DNA of 62,477 nucleotides, counting the filler, from Actinobacteria bacterium UBA7524 (GTDB lineage: Bacteria; Actinomycetota; Coriobacteriia; Anaerosomatales; UBA912), in the NCBI GenBank assembly GCA_002478275.1. It is 7 parts of 7 records of this genome, joined end to end, with 100 filler letters (N's around TTAATTAATTAA, not from the genome) between each part and the next. Parts side by side here need not be neighbours in the genome. Positions count along the whole stretch, not along the records: positions 1 to 3,243 come from DLMY01000013.1; positions 3,344 to 17,069 come from DLMY01000020.1; 5 more parts are not named here. One strand, 5' to 3'. A program made the position numbers and the translations under genes. The notes below the pieces were generated by a model. That model saw only the letters and a list, made by a program, of their open reading frames with translations, was not told the DNA's origin and did not search any database. The number at the start of each line of letters is the position of its first letter. Positions within the stretch are counted from its first letter, which is position 1. Below are positions 1 through 8,909 of this stretch, piece after piece.

Positions 1-149
1 ACACCACTTGACGGGACATGGCCAATCGGGCACCAAATCCGGGCCTCGAATGAGATCGGCTTTCGTCGCAATATCATGAATTGAGAGTCCATGTCACGCA
101 GGGGTACCGAACCACGTCGGCATCATCGCCGTGTCGTTGACATCGGCAA

Positions 150-199
150 CTTCGACTTCTTCTTCTTCATCATCATCATCGTCGTCGTCGTCGTCGTCG
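150..199. repeat. Compound trinucleotide tract (TTC)n(ATC)n(GTC)n
   Basis: ttcttcttcttc-atcatcatcatc-gtcgtcgtcgtcgtcgtc; reads poly-D/E on the minus strand but no credible start codon. Confidence 0.6.
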
Positions 200-235
200 A
201 AAGAGGAGGCTCACCCAATCGCGGGCGAACGTCAA

Positions 236-1117
236 CTAAGCCTCTTCATCCCGGTCCAACGCCTCAATCATCTTCCGAGCCTCCCACTCTTCGGCACGGC
301 TGCACCGCAGGAGTCGCCCCTCTTCCGCGTCAAGGTCACGAAGGAAGACAAAGCGATTTCGCACGTCATCGATCCAGCGAATGATGTCAACGGGCGTGGT
401 CAGATAGCCGATAGCCTCAGGCTCGAACTCGGCCTCGCTCCGGGGCCGAAGTATGTCCTCAGGGTCCCACGGCTTCTCGCCCAGACCGTCGTCGACGACA
501 TCCGACCAAACCTTGAGAGCCGTCATTCGCCTGACAAGCGGCTCGTCGAAAGGACGATGAGACAACCACGCGAGGTCGTACAGGTCTCGCGCAAGGCTGG
601 TGCGGCGATATCGCGCCAGCTTCTCGGCGATCACCTCTTCGATTCGGGCCGTAGGAATCGCCGGCAGCAGGACGTCGTACTGTGCGTGGATGGGAAGTGG
701 CAGCGCTGGAAGCCGTTCGGGCGACAACCAGAGTCCACGTCGTCCGAGGTCGAGCCGAGCGGGCACCTCCGTGTCCCCGAACTCGCTGGCGATATGCAAC
801 AACATCCGTTGCGTGCCATTCAACGGCTCGAGTTCAAACGTAAACGGGCCGACCTGGGCACCCTGAACGATCTCGATGAGCAGGTCGGCAGTCGCGTCGC
901 CCATACCAGCGAAGTCAAGATCGGTCGAAAAGCGACCGGCATTGCCCGCGCGGAACTTGCGGATGGCGGTTCCGCCTTTCAGAGAGACATCCAACTCGAA
1001 GATTCCGGCTTCAGAGAGATGGGCCAGCAGATGATCTTGGGCAATATCGATGATCGCAGGCCCGCGTCCTCCTTTGCGTCCCTGGTAGTGGCGAACTAGG
1101 TATCCCTCGGTAATCAC
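236..1117 (-). CDS. Type IV TA toxin, AbiEii/MenT-family nucleotidyltransferase (resembles Rv2826c/MenT4)
   Basis: KGGTAIRK...RFSTDLDF motif, EKL and ARDLYDL C-terminal motifs; overlaps upstream antitoxin by 4 bp. Confidence 0.9.
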   Translation of the reverse strand: MITEGYLVRHYQGRKGGRGPAIIDIAQDHLLAHLSEAGIFELDVSLKGGTAIRKFRAGNAGRFSTDLDFAGMGDATADLLIEIVQGAQVGPFTFELEPLNGTQRMLLHIASEFGDTEVPARLDLGRRGLWLSPERLPALPLPIHAQYDVLLPAIPTARIEEVIAEKLARYRRTSLARDLYDLAWLSHRPFDEPLVRRMTALKVWSDVVDDGLGEKPWDPEDILRPRSEAEFEPEAIGYLTTPVDIIRWIDDVRNRFVFLRDLDAEEGRLLRCSRAEEWEARKMIEALDRDEEA

Positions 1118-1917
1118 TCGGCCGACACCTCCACTCCGAAGGTGTCCACGACGTCGAATCGGGCGTCATAGCGTCCTGAACCGCGTCTCCTTCCCAGATA
1201 GAACGGACCCGTTCCCGGAGGCGCCGAGTCCAGAAGCTGCTGCGCCTCAAGTTCTTTGCCGCCCTTTGAGAGAAGATAGGCGACACGCGCCCAGGCGCTG
1301 CGCGACCGTCCTTGGAGTTCCTCTTCGACAGACTGTGGGTTCGCCCGTCCCACACCCTGCCGGAGCCATTCGCCAACGTTGGGCCAGTCACGATAGGCAG
1401 CCGGCTTCGCCCCCATGAAGGCAAGAAGCGTGTCCACCGACCAGACCGGCAAACCCCCCTTGACCACGCGGCTCTCCTTGGGGACCCATCGCACCAGTCT
1501 CATTTCGGACAGCGCTTTCGGAAGCCTCACACCATCAGGCGCACCGATCACCTCCACGTCGGGGCGTCGACTTACAAGACCCAGGAGGTAGGCTGCCGAC
1601 TCGGCGCCGACCGAAAGCGGCAAAGAAGGTCGATGGGCCAATGTTGCCCGCAGTTCGATGAGGGGATCTCCCGAACCGAATGCCCCGGCTCGGGCGCCGG
1701 GAGCGAACTCCCATACTCCACGGGTCTTGAGGTCCAGCAACCAACCAGCTTCCCGCAGCCGCCTAACGGTGACTTGGACCGGCCAATCCAGGCCGACGTT
1801 CGTTGACCATGATTCGAGCTGTTCTCGAGTCACAACTCTCGGCTGCTCTAGCTCCAATTGCTGAACCAGCGGAGCCATCTGTTTCGTCACGTTCCGCTTA
1901 GCTGTCATTTCGCACAC
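1114..1917 (-). CDS. Type IV TA antitoxin, AbiEi family (resembles Rv2827c/MenA4)
   Basis: wHTH-like N-terminus (LELEQPRVVT...LREAGWLL...RGVWEF); coupled to AbiEii toxin. Confidence 0.85.
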   Translation of the reverse strand: MCEMTAKRNVTKQMAPLVQQLELEQPRVVTREQLESWSTNVGLDWPVQVTVRRLREAGWLLDLKTRGVWEFAPGARAGAFGSGDPLIELRATLAHRPSLPLSVGAESAAYLLGLVSRRPDVEVIGAPDGVRLPKALSEMRLVRWVPKESRVVKGGLPVWSVDTLLAFMGAKPAAYRDWPNVGEWLRQGVGRANPQSVEEELQGRSRSAWARVAYLLSKGGKELEAQQLLDSAPPGTGPFYLGRRRGSGRYDARFDVVDTFGVEVSAE

Positions 1918-1920
1918 CTA

Positions 1921-1972
1921 TCGTGTCGTGGTTTGACACGAAGATTGTCCGTTTTGACAGGGTAATTGTCAA
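1921..1972. promoter_or_regulatory. Inverted repeats upstream of AbiEi (candidate autoregulatory operators)
   Basis: TCGTGTC-N7-GACACGA (1921-1941) and TTGACA-N7-TGTCAA (1954-1972) in an AT-richer promoter region. Confidence 0.45.
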
Positions 1973-2145
1973 TTCCTACACTTATCGTGCCATCCATTGA
2001 CACTATGCACGCCATTTTCGACAGGAGTCTACGACGTCAGGACCGAGAGTCCTCAGCAATCTCGATGTCAGGCGTCAGAACCACTCCCGTCGCTACGCGC
2101 GTGTCCCGAGCATCGCGGCCTTGACGCTACGCCCAGGACCGGTGG

Positions 2146-3243
2146 TCATCGGTCGTCAAACTCGGAGAGACCTGTGAAGTATTCCTCACCGATCCTCCAC
2201 AGATCCAGGCTGAAGCCTAGGGCATCATCAGATGACTCAACAAACGGATCGGCCCACTCTGCCTGGCGTTGAACCGCCTCGATGACTCTCGCCAACAGCT
2301 TCTTTCGGCCGTCGTCTGTCATTGTCTGCTGATGCTCAGAAAGAGCATGGCAAAACTCCCTTAGCCCCCTCGCCTCATCCCATCCTTTGGCGCACTCCAG
2401 GATGTTCTGGCGGAACTTTGCCTCCAGGTTTCGTCTTTGTTCCAGTCTTCTTCGTCGCTCCGATGCAGCGAGTTCTCGCTCCCACTCGCGGTGCTGCATC
2501 AGCATCAGGCCCCTTCGCTTGTCTCCTCGGACACAGAGCGCATGGACCATCTCTCCGACGTGGTCCTCAATGGGATCACCCATACGATCCGCCCGCTGCC
2601 AGACAGGGATCCCACCGTGTTCTTCTTTGGCTTCCAGTGTCAGGCGACCGCTCGCTTCCTCGCTGAAACCGAGTTGGAAGTAGTCCTCGAGCAGACACAC
2701 TCGAATGTGGTGCTCGACTGCGCCTCTGCTGTCGTAGTGCTTCTCGGACTCGCTGATCCATCCCTCAATTCTGAAGAGCGTCTTGTCGAGCGTGTCAATT
2801 ACACGAAGTGCCCGCTTCTCATTCCTGGGAGACAGGTCAAACGGCCAGAGCTTGCCGTCGACGGGCCTTCCCCAGCGCTGGTGCGTCAACCGGAAATCCC
2901 AGTCTTGGCGCTCCGCTCGTCTCTTCTCACGGGCCTCGGCAAGACTCTGCACTACTGCCAACGCAACCGTTTCCGGGGATCGAAGCTGTCCTTCTACGAC
3001 CAGCTCGCTTGTATAGCCGGTGAGCGTCTCGATTGATTCGTGATTCAGGAGATGAAGCGGCCCCCCATCAACGAGCAGCTCGTCCGACATGCCGTCATTG
3101 TCTGTCCACTGGATCGCGTAGCCCCTCACATGCCTGGACAGGCTCTTGTTGATCGGAGGCAGTAGCGGTGGAATCGGAACCTTCTTGCCTGCCGCCCTCT
3201 TGGCCCAATAGCCACGTTGAGGGTTAACGTCCCCGGAAGTGGT
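2146..3243 (-). CDS. Hypothetical protein, 5' truncated by scaffold end
   Basis: Frame stays open upstream of 3129 and includes an RGYWAK motif; coiled-coil-like C-terminal half. Confidence 0.65.
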   Translation of the reverse strand, partial: TTSGDVNPQRGYWAKRAAGKKVPIPPLLPPINKSLSRHVRGYAIQWTDNDGMSDELLVDGGPLHLLNHESIETLTGYTSELVVEGQLRSPETVALAVVQSLAEAREKRRAERQDWDFRLTHQRWGRPVDGKLWPFDLSPRNEKRALRVIDTLDKTLFRIEGWISESEKHYDSRGAVEHHIRVCLLEDYFQLGFSEEASGRLTLEAKEEHGGIPVWQRADRMGDPIEDHVGEMVHALCVRGDKRRGLMLMQHREWERELAASERRRRLEQRRNLEAKFRQNILECAKGWDEARGLREFCHALSEHQQTMTDDGRKKLLARVIEAVQRQAEWADPFVESSDDALGFSLDLWRIGEEYFTGLSEFDDR

Positions 3244-3343
3244 NNNNNNNNNNNNNNNNNNNNNNNNNNNNNNNNNNNNNNNNNNNNTTAATTAATTAAN
3301 NNNNNNNNNNNNNNNNNNNNNNNNNNNNNNNNNNNNNNNNNNN

Positions 3344-4079
3344 CACATCATGAAGTAGTGGATGATGCGCATGTTCATGGGGCCGTTGACATACTCCAGT
3401 CCGGCCTGGAAGAAGGGCCAGTCCATCACGGGAGCGTAGATCGCGAATCCCGTGTACGCCATGAAGTACGTCAGCGGGATGGTCGCGAGGTAGGCGATCT
3501 TCTGCAGAACGCCGTACTTGGCTCCGAGCGGGTGGTCCTTCTTGAGGAACAGATAGTACTTGATCCACGGGATCAACTGGTGGCGGTTGGCCTGCTGCGG
3601 CAGCCNNNNNNNNNNNNNNNNNNNNNNNNNNNNNNNNNNNNNNNNNNNNNNNNNNNNNNNNNNNNNNNNNNNNNNNNNNNNNNNNNNNNNNNNNNNNNNN
3701 NNNNNNNNNNNNNNNNNNNNNNNNNNNNNNNNNNNNNNNNNNNNNNNNNNNNNNNNNNNNNNNNNNNNNNNNNNNNNNNNNNNNNNNNNNNNNNNNNNTG
3801 CGGCAGCCAGTTCTTGATGTCCGTGTCCTGCTCACGCGTACCGAGCATGACAGCGCTCTTGACGAAGAACGCTGCGATGATCCGGAAGGTGAGGTTGATG
3901 ATGAGCACGTACATGAAGAAGAAGTGCATACCGCGAGCGACACCCATGAATCCCGCGAAGAACGGGAAGTGGATGTAGAAACCTGAGAAGGCGAGTGCCA
4001 CCATGGCGATGAGGTTGATCCAGTGCGTCAGCACGAACACCATGGGGTGAGCCTCACGATAGTGAGCTGGGTGCGACAT
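3344..4079 (-). CDS. hyaC: Ni/Fe-hydrogenase b-type cytochrome subunit (gapped, 3' truncated)
   Basis: HWINL, RGMHFFF, KYGVLQKIAY and RIIHY heme-b motifs; directly after the large subunit. Confidence 0.9.
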
Positions 4080-5723
4080 CTACTTCACCCCCATCGGCTT
4101 GGTGTGGATATGGGCTTCCTTGCCGGTCTTCGGTTCAATCACGTGAACCGCGCACCCGATTCAAGGATCGAAGCTGCGAGCGACTCGAGCGACGTTGAGC
4201 GGCTTTTCCACATCGGCGACGGGAGTACCGATCAGCGCCTCTTCCATCGGTCCGCGGACACCGTTGGCATCACGCGGAGCTATGTCCCAGGTTGTGGGAG
4301 CCACGACGTTGTAGCGGTCGATCTTGCCGCCCTTGATGTCCATGAAGTGCGCGACCGAGCCGCGTGGGGCCTCCCAGAGGCCGTAACCAGAACCGTCGAC
4401 GACATCGTGCGGCTCGAAGAGCTTGACGTCTCCGCCCTTCATGGCCTCGATGACCTCACCGACGAACTGTTCGGCCAGGTCCGCCACGTAGACAGCCTCG
4501 AGGTTTCGGGCTGCAACACGGCCGAGGAGAGATACCAGCACCTCGGGCTTTCCGCCGGCGCCAAGTGCCTCCAGCGTACCGTCGATCAGGTCCTGAACAG
4601 GCTTCACACCACGTACATATGCGACGACCATGCGCGCGAGCGGGCCGACCTCGGCAGGCAGGTCCTTATAGCGTACGGCTTTGCCCCACGAGTACTTGCC
4701 GTCCGTGTCGTATTCGACGTACTCGGCCTCGGTCTCGCCGACTTTCGGGTTCAGACCCGAAGGCGACTTGTACCAGGAGTGCTCCGTGTACTCTTTGACG
4801 TTGTCGACATCCACGTCTTCGACGCCGAGGCTCGCACCCTCGGAGAAGCCGGCCGGCAGGTACCTGTTGTTGAGCTCGAAGCTCGGGTCGTTGAACACGC
4901 CCCACGACAGGAAGTTGCCTCCACCGCCACCGAACTCGAGCGCGGCCGCGTAGAACGGTGCGATCGCCAGGGTGTCGGGGATCATAGCGTCACGGATGAA
5001 TGCATTGACCTTCAGGAGCCGGAACAGGATGTCGTCAAGCTTCTCCTCGGTCGGAACGAAGGTCGTTCCGCCATTGACCGACGTCATGAAGTGCGGGAAC
5101 TTGCCCCCCATGATGCCGATGATGGCTGCGGCCTCCGCCTGCATCTCGAGCGCCTCAAGATAGTGGGCGACCGCGATGAGGTGGAGCTCAGCAGGCATGT
5201 CTGCGGCGTACTCGGGATGGCCGAACCAGCCGTTGGTGAAGATGGAGAGCTGTCCGTTCTCGACGAACGCCGCCAGTCTCTTGGCCACTGCCCCGAAGTC
5301 CGATACACGCGTGCCTGCCGCCTGGGCAAGAGCGTACGTATCGGCGATGTCGGCGGAGAGCGCCTTGACGGGGTCTACGTAGTCGAGGGCACCGAGCGTG
5401 TAGAACCACAGGATGTGACTGTGCAGATATTGGGCGCATTCGATGATGTTGCGGACGAGTCGTGCGCCCTCGGGGATCTGTACGCCCATCGCGTCTTCCG
5501 CGGCGGTGGTCGATGCGTGTCCGTGGGATATGGGGCACACACCGCAGATCCGCTGTGAGATGTAGAACGCGTCTTGCGGGCGGCGGCCCTTGAGCACGGT
5601 CTCCATGCCGCGGTACAGCGTACCGGAGACCCATGCGTCCGTGACCTCGCCGCCGTTGACTTCGACTTCGACTCTGAGGTGACCCTCGATACGGGTCAAC
5701 GGGTCGATAACCGCGCGTGCCAC
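4080..5723 (-). CDS. hyaB: Group 1 [NiFeSe] hydrogenase large subunit (selenocysteine at UGA 4161-4163)
   Basis: TRIEGH, L1 RICGVC; reading through TGA gives SFDP-U-IGCAVH-VIEPKTGKEAHIHTKPMGVK and a TAG at 4080-4082 abutting the hyaC ATG. Confidence 0.92.
4131..4150 (-). promoter_or_regulatory. Candidate bacterial SECIS hairpin
   Basis: mRNA CGGUUCA-CGUGAU-UGAACCG, a perfect 7-bp stem starting 10 nt after the in-frame UGA. Confidence 0.6.
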
Positions 5724-6898
5724 TATTTACCGCCTCCCTTCTTGCGATCGTGTTCCTTGGCTTCCTCGTAAGGAGCTCCGCCGTCCATGCGGCCGGTGGC
5801 CTTCATGCCCAGGCCATGTACGGCGAGAGCCGCGACAGCAGCAGCCCCGACAGCAGCGCCTACGATGGTCGGCTGTGTGATGGTCTCGCCGATCAGTATG
5901 TCCCGATGACGGTTCAGGAACGGTACGCCGACATCGACCCAGTTGCCGCCCGCCTTGAGGGGGTTGGCCGAGCCGCAACCGATGCAGGGGGCACCGGATT
6001 CGACGCACCATGACGCGAGTCTGTTCCAGCGCACTATCGGGCAGTTCGTGAAGGTCTGCGGACCTTTGCAGCCCACGGGGTACAGGCAGTAGCCCTTGGC
6101 CTCTTCCGCTGAGCCGAACTCGTAGACGAACTCGCCGTTCTCGAAGTGCCCGCGGCGGGGGCAGTTGTCGTGTATCGACTGGCCGAAGATCAGCTTGGGT
6201 CGACCGAACGAGTCGAGCTTGTCGAGGATCTTACCGCTTTCCAGCGAGCCGAGCAGCAGGACGTCGACGACCATAGCCACCACCCACTCGGGATTGACCG
6301 GGCACGTGGGAAGGTTGATGACCGGGGTCGCGATGTCGTTGCGAGTGCAGAACTCCTGGACGCCGATTCCCTCGGCTGGATTGGGCCTTGCGGCCACCCA
6401 TCCGCCGTCCACAGCACACGATCCAACCGCAAGGATCGCTGCCGCGTTGCTGAACAGTTCGGGCAGCTCCTCTGTCTGCGGGTGTCCCGCGATGCGGAGG
6501 GTGTTGCCGTCTGCACCTGTCATGACGGTGCCTTCGTAGATACAGACGTAGCCACCCGCTTCCATCAGAGCCTTCTTTGCGTCCTCGGCATCGTCACCCT
6601 GGGCCATCATGACCGTCTCGAAGTACTCGATACTCAGTAGGTCGAGAACGACCGTAGCGACGTCAGGGTACTGGACCTGTGCCATGGACTCGGTGCAGCC
6701 GGTACAGGCGCCGCCGTTGACCCACAGTGCGGGCGTGAGCTTGGCGCCCTTCTCGACTGCCGCGGCGATCGCCGGGACCATGGACTCGGACAAACCGAGC
6801 ATCGCCGCGACCGAGCCGCAAAACTTGAGGAAATCGCGACGCGTCACTCCACGGAACGCGAGCATCGACTCGAAAGCGTCGTGGTCCTCATGTGCCAT
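5723..6898 (-). CDS. hyaA: Hydrogenase small subunit, Tat-exported, with C-terminal TM anchor
   Basis: TRRDFLK twin-arginine signal, CTGCTES, GSCA, IHDNCPRR, CLYPVGCKGP, PCIGC; RBS AAGGAGG before ATG at 6898. Confidence 0.93.
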   Translation of the reverse strand: MAHEDHDAFESMLAFRGVTRRDFLKFCGSVAAMLGLSESMVPAIAAAVEKGAKLTPALWVNGGACTGCTESMAQVQYPDVATVVLDLLSIEYFETVMMAQGDDAEDAKKALMEAGGYVCIYEGTVMTGADGNTLRIAGHPQTEELPELFSNAAAILAVGSCAVDGGWVAARPNPAEGIGVQEFCTRNDIATPVINLPTCPVNPEWVVAMVVDVLLLGSLESGKILDKLDSFGRPKLIFGQSIHDNCPRRGHFENGEFVYEFGSAEEAKGYCLYPVGCKGPQTFTNCPIVRWNRLASWCVESGAPCIGCGSANPLKAGGNWVDVGVPFLNRHRDILIGETITQPTIVGAAVGAAAVAALAVHGLGMKATGRMDGGAPYEEAKEHDRKKGGGK

Positions 6899-7011
6899 GC
6901 CATACACCTCCTTGTTCAGTAACGTGACCGGCTAGCGAAGATCTTGCGAGTTGGCCGGGAGCGGGACGAGCAAGGATCCGCACCCGGTTCGCGACAGGGG
7001 ACGTTCGGCAT

Positions 7012-7118
7012 CCTCCTTTCCTGCTGAAGCAGAGACAGCGCGTACGAGTCGCGAAACAGGGGAGCACGCAGCCGATGTGGCCGTATGCAGGGTTCCCCGG
7101 GTTTCCAGGATCGGAGTC
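7012..7118 (-). ncRNA. Moco/Wco riboswitch-like cis element (tentative)
   Basis: Minus strand ACTCCGA...ACCCGGGG...TACGG...CTGC-TTCA-GCAG-GAAAGGAG; CTCC/GGAG closing helix and GGAAAGGAG end resemble the Moco RNA motif. Confidence 0.4.
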
Positions 7119-7484
7119 ATGGAACTGTGTGTGATCGTGGGAAGCTGCGATGCCCCATGGGCGTTGCAGTGAGGTTCGGTGTAGTTCGATTCGGTGCGTG
7201 TCTGAGACGAGACCCGCCTCATGACCGGGGAGACTCAACCGCTGGCCTGTCTCCTGCCCAGCGCTGGCACGTTACTCGTAGCCCCCTTGATGTCATCGGG
7301 GTGTAGACCCGTGTCCCAAATACACCCATGACATGTCGTCGTGTATCGGCCTCCGTTGCGTTGTGCATATTCTACCCATCATCAGCGCGTAGTACCACCA
7401 GAATCTGGCCCTGACTACACCTGGCCCGTCCAGGGCATGAACTTATGTGCAGCGACGGTCTCGGCTGATGGAGGTGTGAACGAG

Positions 7485-7676
7485 ATGAGCGCGAGCAAGC
7501 ATCAACGATCAATCACCGGTGAGTGGCCAGCCATCCCTGGGTCAGACGAAGAACTCGACGCGGCATCGGAAGCGTGCGAGCATGAGAGGGAGGAGATGAC
7601 TCCGCGACAGACCGCCGATTGCGCAGGCGCGGACATAGCCCAGGCGTACGAGAACGAGGAAGACGGCGGTTCATAG
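7485..7676 (+). CDS. Small acidic hypothetical protein
   Basis: RBS GGAGGT upstream; acidic 63-aa ORF. Confidence 0.5.
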   Translation: MSASKHQRSITGEWPAIPGSDEELDAASEACEHEREEMTPRQTADCAGADIAQAYENEEDGGS

Positions 7677-7732
7677 CGAACTATGTCACTCGTAGGATCT
7701 TCCGCGACAAGACGGCAGGGAGCGCTCAGGCG

Positions 7733-7996
7733 GTGGCTTCTGGTTCCCACAATGGTCTGGTGATCGACGTCAGGGGATTCACTCCCGGGCTTCGACGACC
7801 GATCGTTTTCGCGATCGTCGACAAGATGCTGTCGCTCGAATCTGACGACAGTCTTGTCGTGATATGCGATCACGAGCCTGCTGGCCTTGGCTACCAGCTC
7901 GACTTGCGGAAAGAGACCAGAGGCATGTATGAGTACTTCTACGACCAGCGTCTTGACGGTGCATGGGTTGCCTTGATCAGGCGTAAGTCGAGCTGA
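7733..7996 (+). CDS. DUF2249 domain-containing protein
   Basis: IDVRG..P..R...VF......L...D.L.VI.DHEP pattern. Confidence 0.7.
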   Translation: MASGSHNGLVIDVRGFTPGLRRPIVFAIVDKMLSLESDDSLVVICDHEPAGLGYQLDLRKETRGMYEYFYDQRLDGAWVALIRRKSS

Positions 7997-8018
7997 CCTC
8001 GACAGACTGGCCGGTCGC

Positions 8019-8714
8019 TCAGTCGATTCTGGTGAGCAGGTCGGCGAGGTCGGTGAGCGTGCCTCGGTAGTCTGCAGAAGTCACCTCGAAGCTTCCGACA
8101 TAGAACGTCTTCATGCCGATGTCTGCTGCCGCCAGGTCCAAGACCGGGTCGTCTCCGACCATAAGACAAGAAGCCGGAGGCACATCGAGCATGGCGGCAG
8201 TCTCTCGGAAATAGGCCGGCTGAGGCTTGCACGCTGTCATCGTTTCGAAACTCGTGATCACATCCACGTCTTCGGGCGAGACCCCGGCCCACGACATCCT
8301 GTGCTCGATCGCGCGCAACGGGAAGATGGGGTTCGTGGCGACCGCAACCCGCATACCCCGATTCCTGGCGGCATCCAGTGCCTCTCGCGTTCCGGGCGAC
8401 GGGCCGATACCTTCACCGAGACCGGGAAACACCTCTTCGTAGAATCGCTCGAACACCGGCCGACACTCCTCGAAGGAGAATCCGGAGAGCAACTCGTACT
8501 CCTCGGCGAATACATCTTCGTTGGTGCGCCCCGGATGCACCTGCATCATGGCGCCCGTCGAGTCATGGATGGCTTTCATGACCCGGGCGTGGATATCGTC
8601 GGTATGCGCGAAGGTCTCCACTGCTTCTGCGAGTGCCCGGAAGTAGACGGCAAGGAACGCTTCGATGTCGATGTCGAGCAACGTGCCATCCAGATCGAAC
8701 AGTACTGCTTTCAT
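8019..8714 (-). CDS. HAD-family hydrolase
   Basis: FDLDGTL motif I, ATNP, KP, VGDD...D motif IV. Confidence 0.92.
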   Translation of the reverse strand: MKAVLFDLDGTLLDIDIEAFLAVYFRALAEAVETFAHTDDIHARVMKAIHDSTGAMMQVHPGRTNEDVFAEEYELLSGFSFEECRPVFERFYEEVFPGLGEGIGPSPGTREALDAARNRGMRVAVATNPIFPLRAIEHRMSWAGVSPEDVDVITSFETMTACKPQPAYFRETAAMLDVPPASCLMVGDDPVLDLAAADIGMKTFYVGSFEVTSADYRGTLTDLADLLTRID

Positions 8715-8785
8715 GGCGCGGTTCGCCTCCGGTGGTCGTTATCGGGTTCGGCAGATGTTAGCACGTGACGCAAGAGAAGAGAGGG

Positions 8786-8815
8786 TTGACGGCGGGATAC
8801 CCCCGGGGGTATGCT
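8786..8815 (+). promoter_or_regulatory. Sigma70-type promoter with CsoR/RcnR-family operator
   Basis: TTGACG (-35) and TATGCT (-10) overlapping the perfect palindrome ATACCCCCGGGGGTAT (8797-8812). Confidence 0.7.
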
Positions 8816-8909
8816 ACGGTTAATCAAAGTTCAGGTCGTCGGCCCGGCGTCCGTGCCCTCCGTAAGGTGCGGGACCCCGGTAGATGATGCGGATGGGAAG
8901 GGAACGGAC

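Noticed and set aside
131..1099. Long antisense ORFs (e.g. 131-1099, 4023-5558, 17575-19074, 10827-11933)
   Set aside because: Shadow frames of real high-GC genes with no recognisable motifs.
3244..3343. Recurrent N-padded TTAATTAATTAA motif (also approx. 17114, 27189, 43807, 49237, 57431)
   Set aside because: Artificial scaffold linker with stops in all frames; adjacency across it has no biological meaning.
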